Part shown: piece after piece, positions 23,501 to 38,500 of the stretch
Position numbering within the stretch: the stretch's first letter is position 1
How the letters are laid out: each line of letters opens with the position of its first letter
Source of the DNA: Acanthaster planci
Lineage: Eukaryota
Direction of reading: 5' to 3'
Length of the DNA stretch: 64,000 nucleotides
Assembly (NCBI RefSeq): GCF_001949145.1
Contig: NW_019091358.1
Coordinates: forward strand, 3,876,238 to 3,940,237
The notes under the pieces: generated by a model
The model's database searches: none
What the model saw: only the letters and a program-made list of their open reading frames with translations
Told to the model about the DNA's origin: nothing
Translations under genes and position numbers: made by a program

Positions 23501-26500
23501 TTAAAACTGGGCCATGGCGCAATCGCTCACTGAATAATGAGGCAACGTTGGGGCAAGCCTGACTTCAGCCCCTTGCTCAACCATCGTGGGGTTAAACAAG
23601 GATGTAATTTGATCTGCAATCGAGTTAACTGTCTATTAGGGCAGGATGAGCCTGCTGATGCGTAGCCCAGCCGCCGGTAATTAGCCTTACGTGGGTGTGC
23701 CAAAGCAAGATTATCCTTATGGAGTTTTCTCACAAAACAAGTGATTATTAATTGAATGTTGTGGAATATAACAACAAACTTTCTTTAAAGACTTGTGATC
23801 ACAACATCCAAGCATGACAGCTCTTTGGAAGGAAAAACCTATAAGGCTCCCCTCCCCCTAAAAACCTTGGTCTCTGGTCAGACTAAAGTTCCAGAATTGA
23901 TGCGGCGATTTTTTTTTGGTTTTGGTTGTTTTTTCGGGGGGGGGGGATATGGTTGGCTTTTTAAGACTGGCAATGTACACGGAAATGAGTGGCATATTTA
24001 ATCAACGAGTAAAGGCTTGTGGTAGCACGTCACATATCATACATGTACCACCATTGTTGTTGATGAGCTGGCTGTAACTTTGTAATCTACCCACGGTCTA
24101 CCGTTTGTGTTCGACATCAACATTACACAGTCGTAACGGATCTATCACCGGATACGAGCTACCCACGAATTAGTCTGGTTCCTTGAACAAATTGCCCTTC
24201 TGACTGGTGGACGGGAATCAGTCTACTCGCGAACATTCAGGCAGTGCGGAAATGGAGGGCGCAGTTTTGAGAATGTCGAGAAAAAAATGGAAAAAAAATT
24301 GATACGCATGTTCAAAATCGACGTGTGTGCTGACCAGAGACCGAAATGTTTTTTTTTTGGCCTAAACTAAAGAAAATTCCAGCTCAAAGTCACAAAGTCC
24401 AAGAGAGTAATACATGCACACCAATATTAGATTTTAGGAGAGCTGTTGGCTGTCCAGATCTTTGAGTGGCCCATATGCTACATGTACTGGTATCTAAAAG
24501 GGACATCTTCAGCAAACCAGCTTAGTCTGCCTCTTTCTCAAGAGGTGTTCCCCTATCATCAAGTAATACAATCTTCCCTCTATGAAAAGGCTCAATGCAT
24601 AGATACAATTCCCATCAAAGGTACAAATATATCCCTGTTCAATCTTGACATTTTGCAGCTCTTAACAAGCCTTTTGCATGTGTTTGCTTGTCTTTCCACT
24701 TAACACAATACAGTAACCTTTACTGAAAATGACTGTAAGGTTTGGCTGTCATGACTGTAAAATGCCACTTTAAGCCAAAAATGACATTTCAGGCAGTTGC
24801 AACCCAATGCTGAGAAACAAACCAACCAGATGTGAAATTGCACATATATGGCAACTCCCCCCCCCAGAAAAATACAGTAAATTTTGCAAAACCAACAACT
24901 GCATTATTGCACTGCAGTGAGAAATCTTTCCCTTTACCCTCAGAAACATTAAAGGCATACATGTACTCCTTTGGTCAAAGTTCCTTGATCACCAAGGATA
25001 AACAAGTTATAACTTAACAGATTTTTCAACAAGAAAAACTGCTTTATTTCTCAGCTACATGTACATGTACAGTCCATGTACATGTACTTCATACTACAGC
25101 CACTAGGCATGTACATATCCACAATGCAGACATCTCTGACTGACCACTGAAGTGGAAGCCCAGGGTTTGTAAGATGAAAATTTGATTGGTCTGACTTGTT
25201 GGCAGGCAACTCACAACAACACCTGTCCATTTGAATGCCTACATATACGCTGCATACCTTGCATACCCTGGACATGTACATTGTACATGTATACATACCG
25301 ATATGTGTACGAATTTCACAACACAAAACCATTTTCAATATACAGTACCTTTATTTTGCATTTACATGTACATTGTGATTTAACATTCAGGGATGACTGT
25401 ACTTTAGCACGTCATTACATGATCATTCAAAGAGAAATTCATTCAATAAAATGCAAGACTGATTATAATTGATGACGCTACATGCATTTTCAGCAGCAAA
25501 GGACATCTTTAAGACAAGAGAATAAACAGAATAAAAGTCAGCAATGGTCATGTGGCCAAAGGAGCAAAACTTCAGAAGTATGCAAAATCTGTTTCCTAGA
25601 AAAGATCACACACAAGTAACGTGCAAGCAGCTGCAGGGAACTTGCTAGAAGAGCTTGTGAAAAACTCACATTCTGTTGGTATTGAAGGCATTATTTGAAT
25701 GGAGACTGGAATCCCACTCCAGCTCCAAGGGAAAAAAAACTGATACTCGACAAAAAATATCATCTCATAGACCGGCCACCTGGCAAGCTGACATGCATCT
25801 GCACAAATTAGACAGCAGCAATGGCCTGCTAGACTGAATGGTTGGCCTTAGCCAAGCATTGATGCAGCATGCAGGACGTGATGGAAAGGCAGGTCGATGG
25901 AAACGCAGGTTGAACAGTGACACAGGACATAATTTTTTAGGAATTCCTGGCCCAAAGTACAATGCACCTGAGCAAGACTTCCAAGGCTTCCTGTGTTACA
26001 AAAGGTTTTAATTTTGATCTATCTAGTGTCTGGTGAAGGGCACTTAATTACATATGCACTGCTGGTCGGTTCATACTTAGGCACATGCAAAAGCAAAGTG
26101 AACTTGACGTTATTAAACAACTACAGTGAAATTTATTTGTGTTTCGTGCCAAGCATGAATAGGCCTTTCAAGCAATCATAACAATACCGGTATGTCTAAG
26201 GGGTCATCCATTTTTTGTTTCATCATTTTAAACAATGTACCTGACCCTTCCCTCCATAGAGTAAGCAAGAAAATAATGATGGCCAATTGTCTTATTTTCA
26301 CACCTTTTTGAAAGCATACACAGACTTTTACTGCCCCTCTCAGCACGGATTGTTCCTTCATGAAAGTGATTTTGAAATTGACAACCTTTTCTGTAGATAA
26401 TTTGAATTTTTCAAAATTAGCACTTTTTAGAGTACTTGCAAACAATGCAGTTTTGTATATGAGTCTATACGCACGTGCATGGCACAAGTACCAGTATACA

Positions 26501-29500
26501 CGAACCGGGTACATGTACATTACATCTACGGCAGGTCACACACTACGCTGTTACCCAGATTATCTAAGGGTTATCGACAAATTTAACGCAGAGATTACCT
26601 GGGTCATTGAGAGCATTCACACTGCACTTCTCAGGGTTAGATATTCTCCAGGTTAACCGCCTCAAAATGCCACTTACCTGGGTAAGTTCTAACCCTACTT
26701 GCGAGGTGGATTAACCCACCGATCTCGGGGTTAACAACAGCTTTGAGGCAATTCTCCAGGTTACCTTCAGCGGTGTGAATACTCGCAGGGTTTTCTTCAG
26801 CCCGGGTTTTGTTTTCGGACAGTCCATTATTTTCACATGTACTTCATACGAAGGATAGTAACTTGTCTTTCTGAGTTAAATTCTCGTACACTATTTGGAA
26901 GGCACCAGTCTTGACCTCATGCAACAAGCATGAACATATGTGGCATAAGTTCTTGTTTACACATATGTACACATTGGGACACATCGACACTTCTTCATTG
27001 TCTATGGCGAAAGTGGCGAAATTCAGAAGAAGTATAATCAACACTATGGGTTTCCAATTCCATGACAGGCACCATTTTGCTACTATGCTGTAGTGAGCAA
27101 AATTGGATTGTGGGAGGTCAGAGGTTAAGCTATGCACATGTGTACCTGATTCTCTGGGTTGCCACTCTTGCAGTGTGAACATAGTTACGAATTACCTGGG
27201 TTGACAGGAAAGTAGGTAAGCTAAATTGCAGGGTGAAGTTTTGAAGTGTGAAACCGATTCTCTGGGGTAGTTCCTACCCAGATATGAACAACTACCGTAC
27301 CCGGGTCATTAATTGCCCGCGGAAGTTCAGACTAATGTGAAAAGGGCTTATACGTACATACTGCATACATGTACATGTACCACATGAATAATATAACGGC
27401 AAGAGGATAAAATGTAAGTTTTCATACCTTTAACAGCACTGCCAAAAAACAGTGAAGGTGTACAACTCAATCTTCAATATGCGAAGAAGTACCATTATGT
27501 CTAGAAGCACCTGCAGTCAGTGTGCATATAACCTTGCCACGGTAAATCATGTGAAGAATGAGCGCCTGCTGTCTAAAAGATCTTACCTGTGACGGAGCAG
27601 AAGACAAGGCTACTATATCAAATTCATCCTCACTGTAATAGGAGGGAGGGGAAAAAAAGAATAGAGAGATAGATTATCAACAATTTATAATCTACTTTTC
27701 AACCAAGTTTGATGATACAATTAAACATACATGTACCGAGTATTACATGTACATATACAACACTGTTCTTGTCTTTCAGACAAACAACATACTGTTGAGT
27801 GTTCATGTTATTTTGTGGAAGTCTCTGCTTGCTGAATGCAAAGATCTGAAGCTGATTCCAAAATTTTGCTTGAAAATTCAAGTACCAGTACATGTACATA
27901 GAACTTGTTCACGTAATGTACATGTGGAAATTGGTCAAGCTGTTGTCTACCTCATTACTAGCTGTAAGTAATCAACAAATAGATCCCCCCCAAAAAAGTA
28001 GAAATAATAGGTGGTGCCTTTAACCTTTATTTTAAATGTCTTTTTCTGTAAAAATATTTCTTCTTCATGAATTATGAATGATACATTGTAGTGAGGTCAG
28101 TTAAAGCTTCAGCAATTTCTACTTTTGCAAGAATGTGTCCAAGGGAGAATTACATTCAACACCTTTCTGAATGTTCTTTTAAACTTCAAAAAAGTCCCTT
28201 ATTCAAAAAACCTTCAACAGAGAAACTGCTCAAATGCAATCAAGAAAAGCCCTATGCTTTGGGATAAAAGGCATGTTAAGAAGTGAACAAAACTAATCAA
28301 AATCAAAACAAAAAGCAGCATCCAAAATGGGAAGAAATGCTCTCGATTTCAGCTGGCAGGTTATAAAAACCAGCCGAGTTCACTTTGCCAGGGATCAATT
28401 GAAAGACAGATCGAATGAATGAAACATGACACCAAGCCCTGGTCAACCTGCTGTCCAGCTGCCCCAGGTAGGTCTTGATCGGACAAATGATTGCCAGTAG
28501 CCATTGATTTGCCCCCAATTTGCAAACCACAAACTTCATACCCTTTTTCTCTAAAGGACACATTTCAGTGCTCAACTTATTGTGAAGTATCTTACAGGTG
28601 AGATACCCATTGCCTATACTGCAGAGATATCATTGAATAAGATCACTAAGCAATTTATCTCAGGAGATTTTTCATTCTTCTTGAAAGGCAAGAATTTTAA
28701 AGTCAGCTCAGAAACCATCACTCACTTTAGACCCGTCCAATAAATTCATGAAAAGATCACGACGACACATTTCTACATTAAAATTTTAAGTTTGATAATT
28801 ACCACATGATCAGACTGCACAACTTCAGTTGGTAATTGTTTTTTTGAACAGTTTATTTTAATTCTTTTGAAGTTAAGCATGTACATGTACATGCTGTTCT
28901 AACAATTTAAATTTGTACTGAATACTGAATGTATGTTCTAAGCAAACAGCCCATTGTCTAATTGGTTGTTTACATGCATGAAGTACATGTACATGTAAAT
29001 GTCTTTGGCTAAAAAGTATTAAAAATTGACATGCACATGTATTTATTTAGGAACCTTCAAACCTGTCCTCTCGAATCTACATGGAATTTACTAATGTGTT
29101 GAGGACATTTCAAGTTCCTAATGGACATACATGTAACCCGGAACAATTTGAGGTAAATTGCACTCACGCAGAGAGTAGGTCCTTGGTAAATGAAATTGGT
29201 ATTTTAATTTTTCTTTGTTTCTTCTCTTTTTGGGTATTTTTCTTTTTTTTTGAGGAGGAATTTTTTTTTACCAAAAGTGCATTCGTAAGACTGGGGCAAT
29301 AAATACATGTAACAAATCTAACACCCTGAACATCAAAGTGCAGTTCTAAACAAAAAATATAAACAGTTACTCATATCTTGAATGAGGTAATCTGATTTTG
29401 GTTGTGCAGTGTGCAGATATATACCAAGGCTCAAGAGTCCTTTATTGTTAATCTGGATATTTCAATGTACACATACTGTACGTACATACATGTACATGTA

Positions 29501-32500
29501 TGAAACCCAATCCAATCTTAAAGGCATTCAATACACTTACACCTGAAAAAGAACAAACTCTTGTCTGGATTGAAACATTACACTGGTGGCACTGTTTCTA
29601 TCTCCTCAACCTTACCTGAAGATTTCACGGCATTGAACTAGTAGCATTGAATTTTGTCATTTGCATGTATGTGCAGTATTGGGACGTTATGCAAGACAAC
29701 CTCTGCTTAGAACTTTAAGAAAGCTGAAAACAGAACTTTCCGAGAAAATGAAATTATAAAGATGTGCAATTTTGCCGTCAAACAGTTTTGTAAATTTGGC
29801 CAATTTCCAAAGATGAGTAAGGGTGTCATCATTGTCTCTGCGGAACGAAGCGTTTCTGCTCACTTATTGGCTGACTCTTCCGTACAGTATCTGTACTTAG
29901 AATTACCACGAATCCTTCCAAAATCCAGCACTTTTGGCAGATTTGACAGGACTGAAGAAGATAGAGCCCTGCCACTCACATGCTCACACTTTGGATAGGG
30001 CAGGAATCCGGAAGCCCTTCAAGCAAAGAATACATGTATATACATGTATGTAGTTGGTTTTCAGAGAGGATTTAAAGATTTTTGAGATTGAGGGGTCAAG
30101 CTTAAAGAACTTTCAGACAGAAAATTGTACCAGAGGAAAGTCAGTTTTTATTTTTACACTCTAGAGTATATTTTTTTGGCTAAATACAAGAACTCACCAT
30201 GGAGTCTGGTATGATTTATACAATTTTTAAAGCATACTGGTACATGTACACAGTACATCCATGTACATGCAACTTAGGAAGGGCTTTCAAAGTCCACAGA
30301 AATTCAGTTTGGCTTCAGTTCAACCACCGACTGCATCCCTACCGGTATGCTTTCAGAAAAGAGGGACAGAAGTACAATAATTCACAGCATGATTTCCACT
30401 GAGATTGCCAAGGGTACTTCTTTATCTAATTCTGGGCATATTACTTTGGGCAGTGGGGTCCCAACAGAATATGGAACAAGATTGTCATCATGATGACACG
30501 AGTCATGTTGCAGTTGGTATGAACAGAATAATTTCAGTTCAATGCTGTTGAAAATCTGCTCATCCGTTCTTCACTTCTTTTTTTGCGGGGGATCTCGAGA
30601 GGCATTATACCCATTATAATTGGATTGATCTCTGTTTCACTTTGTTTTGGGGGTAATCACAGAGTTGACTATATGACAGAATTCAAACCCAAAGCCATTC
30701 TTTCCAAAAGCTCTCTGATGCTAAATGGTAATTTATACACACAAGCATCTTCCCCAGTAACATGTACAAAAAAATATGTTTAAATAAAAATATCAACAGA
30801 AAAACAAAGAACTTTCCCAGAGTCATTGAAGTGAGCCTGTAGACAAGCTACATTGTACAGTAAACATGTAACAATAAAATTGGAAGCAATTTTTTTACAC
30901 AAACACCCTCAGAATTAAGCCAAATCCCACTCCATTATATTGTTCCTGTAAACACGTTTCTTAGGGCAGATGCAAAATAAAAAGCTTCTGGATGGCACAT
31001 GTTCAGCAATAAATCTGTATTTTGACTGGAATACTATACATTGTGGGGCTCTCCTCTAAAGCCCTTCATCTTTAAACGACTTAAAATTTCTGCATTTACG
31101 TCAGTAAAGAGGTCGATGTTTTTAAGGGTCTGAGGGTGGGCACCATGGCTAAAACAGAAATGTTTCCTTTGGGAGAAAAAAGAATAAACAAACTTTGTTG
31201 CTGGGGGGGTCAAAATTTTTCATGTGGGAGGAGTTACTGTATCTTTGGCTGTTGTTGAAGCCATTTATTCTCTTTGTTTTATTTTTGTCCAAACATGAAA
31301 ATAAGACTCCTGCAGGGTTTACTGCAGCCATTAGTCTTAGACGGCTAAAAGGACAAACAAAAAAGGGGGCAAGGGGCAAGGACGGGTGTTCACCCCTAAA
31401 CATAGACTGTATGCATGTGGACATATTATGAAAATTGTGAGTAGTTTGCTCGGAGTTTGCAATGTTTGTAAGAAAGCATTACAAAAAATTCTGAATACAT
31501 GGAAAAAAGTTGGAAAACATTACAATAAAAAAAGGGAGACTGACAATGTATATGCTACAAAATAAATATTTGTCAGCAAAATTTAACACAACCTTTAATG
31601 TACTTAATGTACGATATGTGCATGTACATGTACGGGTAGACTTGTTGCCACTTTCAAAATTGTCTCAATCACAGAATCTAGTCGAAATTGTCAAAACCAA
31701 TGCAGGACTGGGAACTGATGTAAAATTGGAAGGCGGACACTGCCTTCCCCTGAAATGTCAAAGCAGTCCAGGACATCACTTCCCACTGAGCCTTGGGGAA
31801 ATATTCACTTATCCAGCCCAAAGGGGAAAAAAATCTGTCAATACATGTACATCAAAAATGTTTATGTCTTCATCAGCTCTTGGAAAAAAAAAAAAAAAAC
31901 GAATATGAAGGTACGTGTACATGTACATGATGTGCGACGCTAGTAAGGTTAACATGGGGAAAGCAGAAGAGAGACATCATGGTCTGTGACTCATGCACAT
32001 GTCAAAACCATCCATTTCACCGAAGGCTGAACATACATGAACTGCACGGGATGTCTCCACACATGATTAATCTTATTTGAAATCACTGGGGGAACAAAAC
32101 AATCACTGTCTGGATGTCTAGTCCAATTATCTCGGGAGGGTTCTGCAGGTGGGAGGACCCAGAGGTACCTGTGCATGTGAGAGACAGCTGAGAAGGGAGG
32201 AACTGATGGGTAGGAGGAAAGATGGAACGAAGTGATGTGGGAGAAGAGATAGAAACTTCAGATGACATCAGCAGTGAGATGATGGCAAGATGTCCAGAAG
32301 GACACTGCAAGCCAGTGAAAAGCTACTGTCAGGAAAACATCATGTACACATACCCACATGTCCATAAATATGCACACGTTTCTGAATGCACCACTGCATG
32401 TGCACACATCGTACTTGTTCCGCAGTTGGAGGGACAAACACTTGACATTACACCCATTGTGTGGAGACCCAAACCATTGTGGGGACAGAGAAATGTCCCC

Positions 32501-35500
32501 ACAACTCAGTCCCAGTTAAACAAAAGTAACTGTCCCCTTAGGCCTGACCACATTTCTTTACATACCGGTACATGTACACTGAATGTGGTGCATACACCTG
32601 CATGTGGATGTACATGTGTGTCTTTGCTGACGCAACCTTGTGGCGATAATTTCTTAACCGAAATTTGGGATCAAGATGTGGAGATAGTGCTATCGTTCAG
32701 TGGGTGCACATTCCCCACAATTACATTGTCAGCACATATTATGTGTGCATATCTGCATGCGTGAGCACACATGCCTTATAGAATTCATCAGCTGCTCAGT
32801 ATTCCTTCAACAAACAAATCAACCTGAACCGCAAAGTGTTGCAATATCGCCAAGTACCACATTAGCCTACATATCGGCAGAGCCATTCCCACCGACAGAA
32901 GGAACAAAACCCAGCTTGCAATCCACTTTAGATATTAAGTGCACTTAACCGACCTGAATAAATAAGCCATGCCTCCAGAGCAGGGAAAATTACGTATTTT
33001 GTGGCTATCCCACTGACATTCTCGGCTTTTTTCCCTTAAAAACACCGGAAGAAGTATTCTAAATACTGACTGTAATGCAAGTAACACAATGGCATGAGGA
33101 ACTCGGAGATACAATGTAACTATGAACCCTATAAACTTAAGCACTAACCACAGATAAGCACTAAAAGGAGGATTTCAATTCAGCATTTATAACCGTTTCC
33201 AGACTGACCATTAGAATAAATATTACAACAAAGCCTATCTTGAAAACAATATCCTGCGTCATTTGATCCAAACAATTTTTCAACACTTTCTAGAATATTT
33301 CCTTTGGAGCCCATGATTTATTTCCTTGAAGTTTTAATTTCTGTCACCAGTCAGAAATCTTCTCATTTCCCAAGAGTTATGAGCCTTGCATTTACGTCAT
33401 CAAGGTGCATTACTTGCATGTACACGTGAACACCAGAAAGAGAATCAAGCGAAAAGCAAGTAAATGGGATCACTTTTTTTTTCTTTTTAAATTTGTGTCC
33501 AAGTTACAACTACAGTTCCACCAATTTTGGGTAGCCTCATACAAAAAAGGAACCTTATGGTGGCACCTTTTCATGACAACTGAATGCAGATCTGTGTAGA
33601 ACAGATGCATGCTATCCAAAACAATTCTCTGTAAATTTGTATCAAAAGTTTCTTGAACATATAATATTGACAAATATGACCAACCCTTCCAAACCCAGGA
33701 TGACATAAATCACTTTGATGTTTACAAATTCTTCTGCTCACTGTTGATCTGTGTTTTTGAAGTACATTGTACTCCAAGGAAACTACATGTACTGCCTGCA
33801 GAAACATACGCACTGAAAGCTATGGCATTTGAATGGTTCATACATGTTGTTATTATTTTCCAGGTAAGAGTTACAAATCTTACCTGTTTTGGGACAGTGG
33901 GTCATATACATGTACTATATCGAAACAATTTGTTTTTGCTTTGTCTTGTTTTATTTGGTATTCTATACACTCTAAATTTCCCTTTTTCTGCGGTTAATTT
34001 GATGAGTTGTAAAATGCAGCATACGGGTGGTTTCATCTACAAATTCTTCCTGACATTGTGCTCCTTAAGAAAGATTAACCCTTGTACTGAAATGTTCCTT
34101 CAGGACAAAATAGATCCTACAGGTACATGTACATGTACCTGATGACAAAATTAACACACTAAACGACCAATCACATTGACTTCTGTGCACAGTGTTTAAA
34201 ACGTCTCTTTAATCATTTTAAAATGGAAACTTAATGAGCTCTGCATGATTATGGAGTCACAAGCTCAGCCACGTTCAGCGTGAACAGCCGGGGGGGGGCC
34301 ATAATTGGCTTGCAGTCCAACCGCAGCACACACAATTACATGTAGGGCGGCTGAATGCACCTGAATGCAGTTTTCTTTTAATTCTTTTACTTCTTATATT
34401 ATGATAGCCAATTCCAGATTTAAGGTGTGCAACGGGACCAAGGAAACAATCTGTACAAATGTTCTGTTTGTGACGCCTTCAAACGTATAAAATGCAATTT
34501 TGCCATTTACATGTAATTGACTTGTCCATCATGAATTCATGACTTCTCAGATCATCTTGATACAATATGGCCGTGTCCGAAACGGGCTTCCAGAGCTACG
34601 GCTAGGTCTATTGTCTATGCGTCTCCACGCATTTCCAATGGAGCGAAGACCTAGACCTAGCTCTAGACAACATATTCGGATGCAGCCTTTGAATCAAATA
34701 TGGACATGTGCAGCACGTACCCAACATTGTAAGTAGTTGCACAAAAGATGCAACAGCAAGTCTGATTGGAACCAAGCATGACCCCACAAAAGTTTCCCAT
34801 TTCATTCCCCTTAAACGTTTAGTTTTAAATATACTTGCAAGTTTGGAAGTTTATATAAATAAAAATGTCTCGATACATCTGGAGGTAGGCACATCTTCAG
34901 ACTACTGTAGTTTAAAAGCAAAAACAACACTCTTTGCAGTGTTTGGATACGTGCATGACGTCTAAATGAGGGTGCTCGCTGGGAGAAAAACAGTGTGAGT
35001 GGGCATCCAAATGCATCACTCCCATTAAAACCAAGCCGGAGTCAAAACACCACCAAACTAATTGGATTTTTGGCCACGACTCTCTGGGGAGGCCTGGGGA
35101 GAGGAAAGCAGGCTGGAAATTGTTTGGATAATTCCAGAGATTGTTCACTTTTATAAACACTGACACAACGAACTGGAACACTTCTAGGGGCTATAATTGG
35201 GAAGAGGGGGTGGGGACAAGACACAGTGATGAGTAGGGGTACTGTAGCTTGGCCAAAGAAAGAGTGTAAACTTGCATCGTTTTTTTACAATTTCAAATTC
35301 CTATGGTGTGGAAGCCATAAAATAAGGGTTCATTTGTTTGCTTATAAAGGAAATACTGAGAATAGGACATACAGCTTTTGGTTACATGATGACAAATATT
35401 TGTAGAAACAAGTACTTGTACATGAATTTCACAACCATTTGAAGAAAACTGTGTGTACAGTGTATATCACCTCTGTATACGATTCGTAAGTGTACTGCAC

Positions 35501-38500
35501 ATAGGGTTACATGCATTGATCGCCGTTTACATTGAACCGTGGAACCGGAAATTAATGTGCAACTTCAGCGTCCAATGAGAGCCTGCAAATTGTGGCGCAT
35601 CTGCCTTTGTGACGAAGTCACTTACGAACCGGATACAATACATTAGATGTTGCTACGAAAGCTCAAGGAAGACTTGTCTTGCAGTTAATCATGACAGTTC
35701 TGTACCAGTAAAATGTACATGAAGATCTCTAATTGTAAATATGGCAGTCCACCACTTGAACTGGCACAAGAATAAGAGAACGCACCACAGTAAATCAACT
35801 GTTTGCTTAACAAGGCCTCCAATCTACATTTGAGCAGGTTTTGTGCATAAATTTCAATGTAAAAAGGAATACATTAACTAATTTGTTCAAGTTGCAATAT
35901 GCAAATTATGTCATTAGGCATGTTAGGTACACTTTGACGCATGCAGAGCTGTACTTCCATGCAGTGATGCACACGTCCACTCTTGATAGTAGTAATGAAT
36001 AACAACTTTTTTTTCTCACACCCTCGGTGTAGAGTCCCGAGAAATAATTCTGTGCATCTTGTGAAGTCATGCACTCAGATGCTCCGGGCATCACAATCTC
36101 AGGGGGGGTGTGACTATTTGCCTGTGCACAGCCTGCGTGCTTCCAGGAACAAGGCTGTGTCACAGAGTAATGGAAAATGTGTTCATGGCAAAACAAACTG
36201 TCAGCTGGACTGGCTTGAGTTTTGATTTCCTACAAATGAAATGATTCATTAGTATTTTGATAAGTGGTTTTCTTTGTGAACCATGCTTTATGACTCCATT
36301 ATTATAACTTGATTTTGCAATAGAATATGACACACAGTAATTCTACATTGTATCGGGGGGGGGAATCTATACATGATGCAAACATGATTAATGAAGTCTT
36401 TGGAACCTTTAAGAAATTATCTCTTATTTCATACCTTGATGAACAGAACATGTCACCTGATTCATCTATCCAGACCAAACTTGTAAATTTAACAAATCAC
36501 AGATTAACAATTCCTCCATAGGTAAGCATGTACATATTATCCAGAGTCAGAGACTACATGTATATCATGATTGAACAACAGAGCCAAACCCATCTCTACA
36601 TTCAACTGTTGCTACCACAGGAACGAAAATAAACCCCGAAAAGGAAAACCTTTCAGAGACAACCTGCTCTGAAATTGCCCCGTCTCTGTATATTTTAACA
36701 AGAGCCTGGCTGTGTGCCTCACAGTCCATAATGTTTTCGTGAGGCTGACACTGTTAATAATTTGCAGTATCATCAATATTGTGTGTGTTTGCAAGTTGCG
36801 TGTTAACAAATGAGCTTCATTATAACAACCAAGTCCACTGTCTTATCTGTGTACTGTCCAAACTGGACTGGGTGTAAGTGCACGTGTCGTGGGGAGAATA
36901 ATTTAACATTAGCAACTAAGCGTGAACACGTAATAATGCGAATAGCTGATTATATCAATGATAGAGATCTTTATGTGGATGACACAATAATTCCATAGAT
37001 AATAATGGAGCTGATCTAACGTTTCCTTGGTGTGGCAGCAAAAACACAATGAGACCAAATTTACAACCAGGTACAAGAACTCATCGGGGCTTGTTAGTGA
37101 TCCATGACTTTGTCTGCCCGGGGTCTTCCTTGATCAGATTCTTCAGCCTGATTCTCAAGGGTTCAAGCAGGCAGCCTGAATCCCCTCTCTTTCAACTGCT
37201 CGACATCCATGAAATTACACTGAAATCCAGTCAAAAGAGAAAGGAACTAATACATGTATACATGTACGATGGGGCACATTTGAAGAACTACTGATATGAT
37301 GCAAGTACATGAATCGTACATGTTCCAGTACATTAATGAAATGGGCTACATACATGTACATGTACTTGTGCACGCTTTGCCTAAATACACTAGCATACTG
37401 TACTTTTTAAAACCCTAACCCCCTAGGGTGTAAGTAAAATCACATTGAAGTTGGAGGATTTGGGACTGTTAGGGTTAACACACACATACATGTACATGTA
37501 CATGTACATGCAGTTATTCCATGATACAAGCTACCATTATCATGCTTCACCTACCGTTACTGTTACTAAGTACATACATGTACATGTACGGCTCAGGTAA
37601 AGATGTGTTATGTGTGGTACATCGATAAAATGAGCCATGTGTACAGGTACATGTACACATGTAAATCCTTCAAAGTATAAGACTTTTTTCCATACACATA
37701 CATGTACATGTGAGATGAGATATGACAATAACCAAGATGAATATGTACTGGATATATCTTTGATGTTTTGGTGCATACACTGGTACCGCTAAGTGTGTAC
37801 AGCCATCCAGAGATTTAAAGAAAGAACTACTCCTCAGAAACTTTTCAAGGCATTGGCTACCGTACATGTACTGGTACCTTGCATTGTCTCCCTTCTCCGA
37901 AATTCCATTCCTGTTTTCTCATTAACTGTTTCACTTCTCTCAGGAAAAAACTGACTGAGAGCAACAGATTTCTTAAAGTGAGCTTCTGGTGCAATATACA
38001 AAGTGTAGGTAACAAGAATTCATAAAAATTGCAAATGGCACCCAACTACCAGAGTGTACTCGACCACATTTCAACTGAATGTACACAAAGCCACAGCACC
38101 TTAATCGGAGCCGAAGGCTACTGGGAACAAATGCACAAATGCAAATGGTGTTGAGGTCTCCATCCACACCTCAGCCAAATTGGATATTTTGTGGCTGTGG
38201 CTTTGATTTTTGCCATGGGCATTTACTAGCAGAGTAGCCAGCTTATGCTGGATTCGGACACATGCTTAAATTGCATTTCAGGGTACTCTTACTCAGTACA
38301 TGTAGGAGTACAGTCCACTGACCCATGCACATGTACATGTATACCATGTTTAGTACCCACAAATGCACTGAATATTGCAAACAGCATTCCACAACTTTTT
38401 CTTCATCCTTGAGAGCTGAGATGCTACATGTACATGTAGGGTACATGTACATGCACATGTACATGTAAGCACCTAACAGCTTGTGCTGACAGTGAGCTAC

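Noticed and set aside
32083..32764. ORFs of 75 aa (-) and 180 aa (+) over a purine-skewed stretch
   Set aside because: There is no recognisable domain, they run through repeat- and scar-containing intron sequence, and they are incompatible with the FAM219A intron phase.
37163..37219. Minus-strand acceptor followed by CNFMDVEQLKERGFRLPA*, faintly resembling QLLKDGFRL of the FAM219A last exon
   Set aside because: The peptide needs phase 0, but the host intron is phase 2, where it would read SVISWMSSS*. The similarity is too short to support a duplicated exon.
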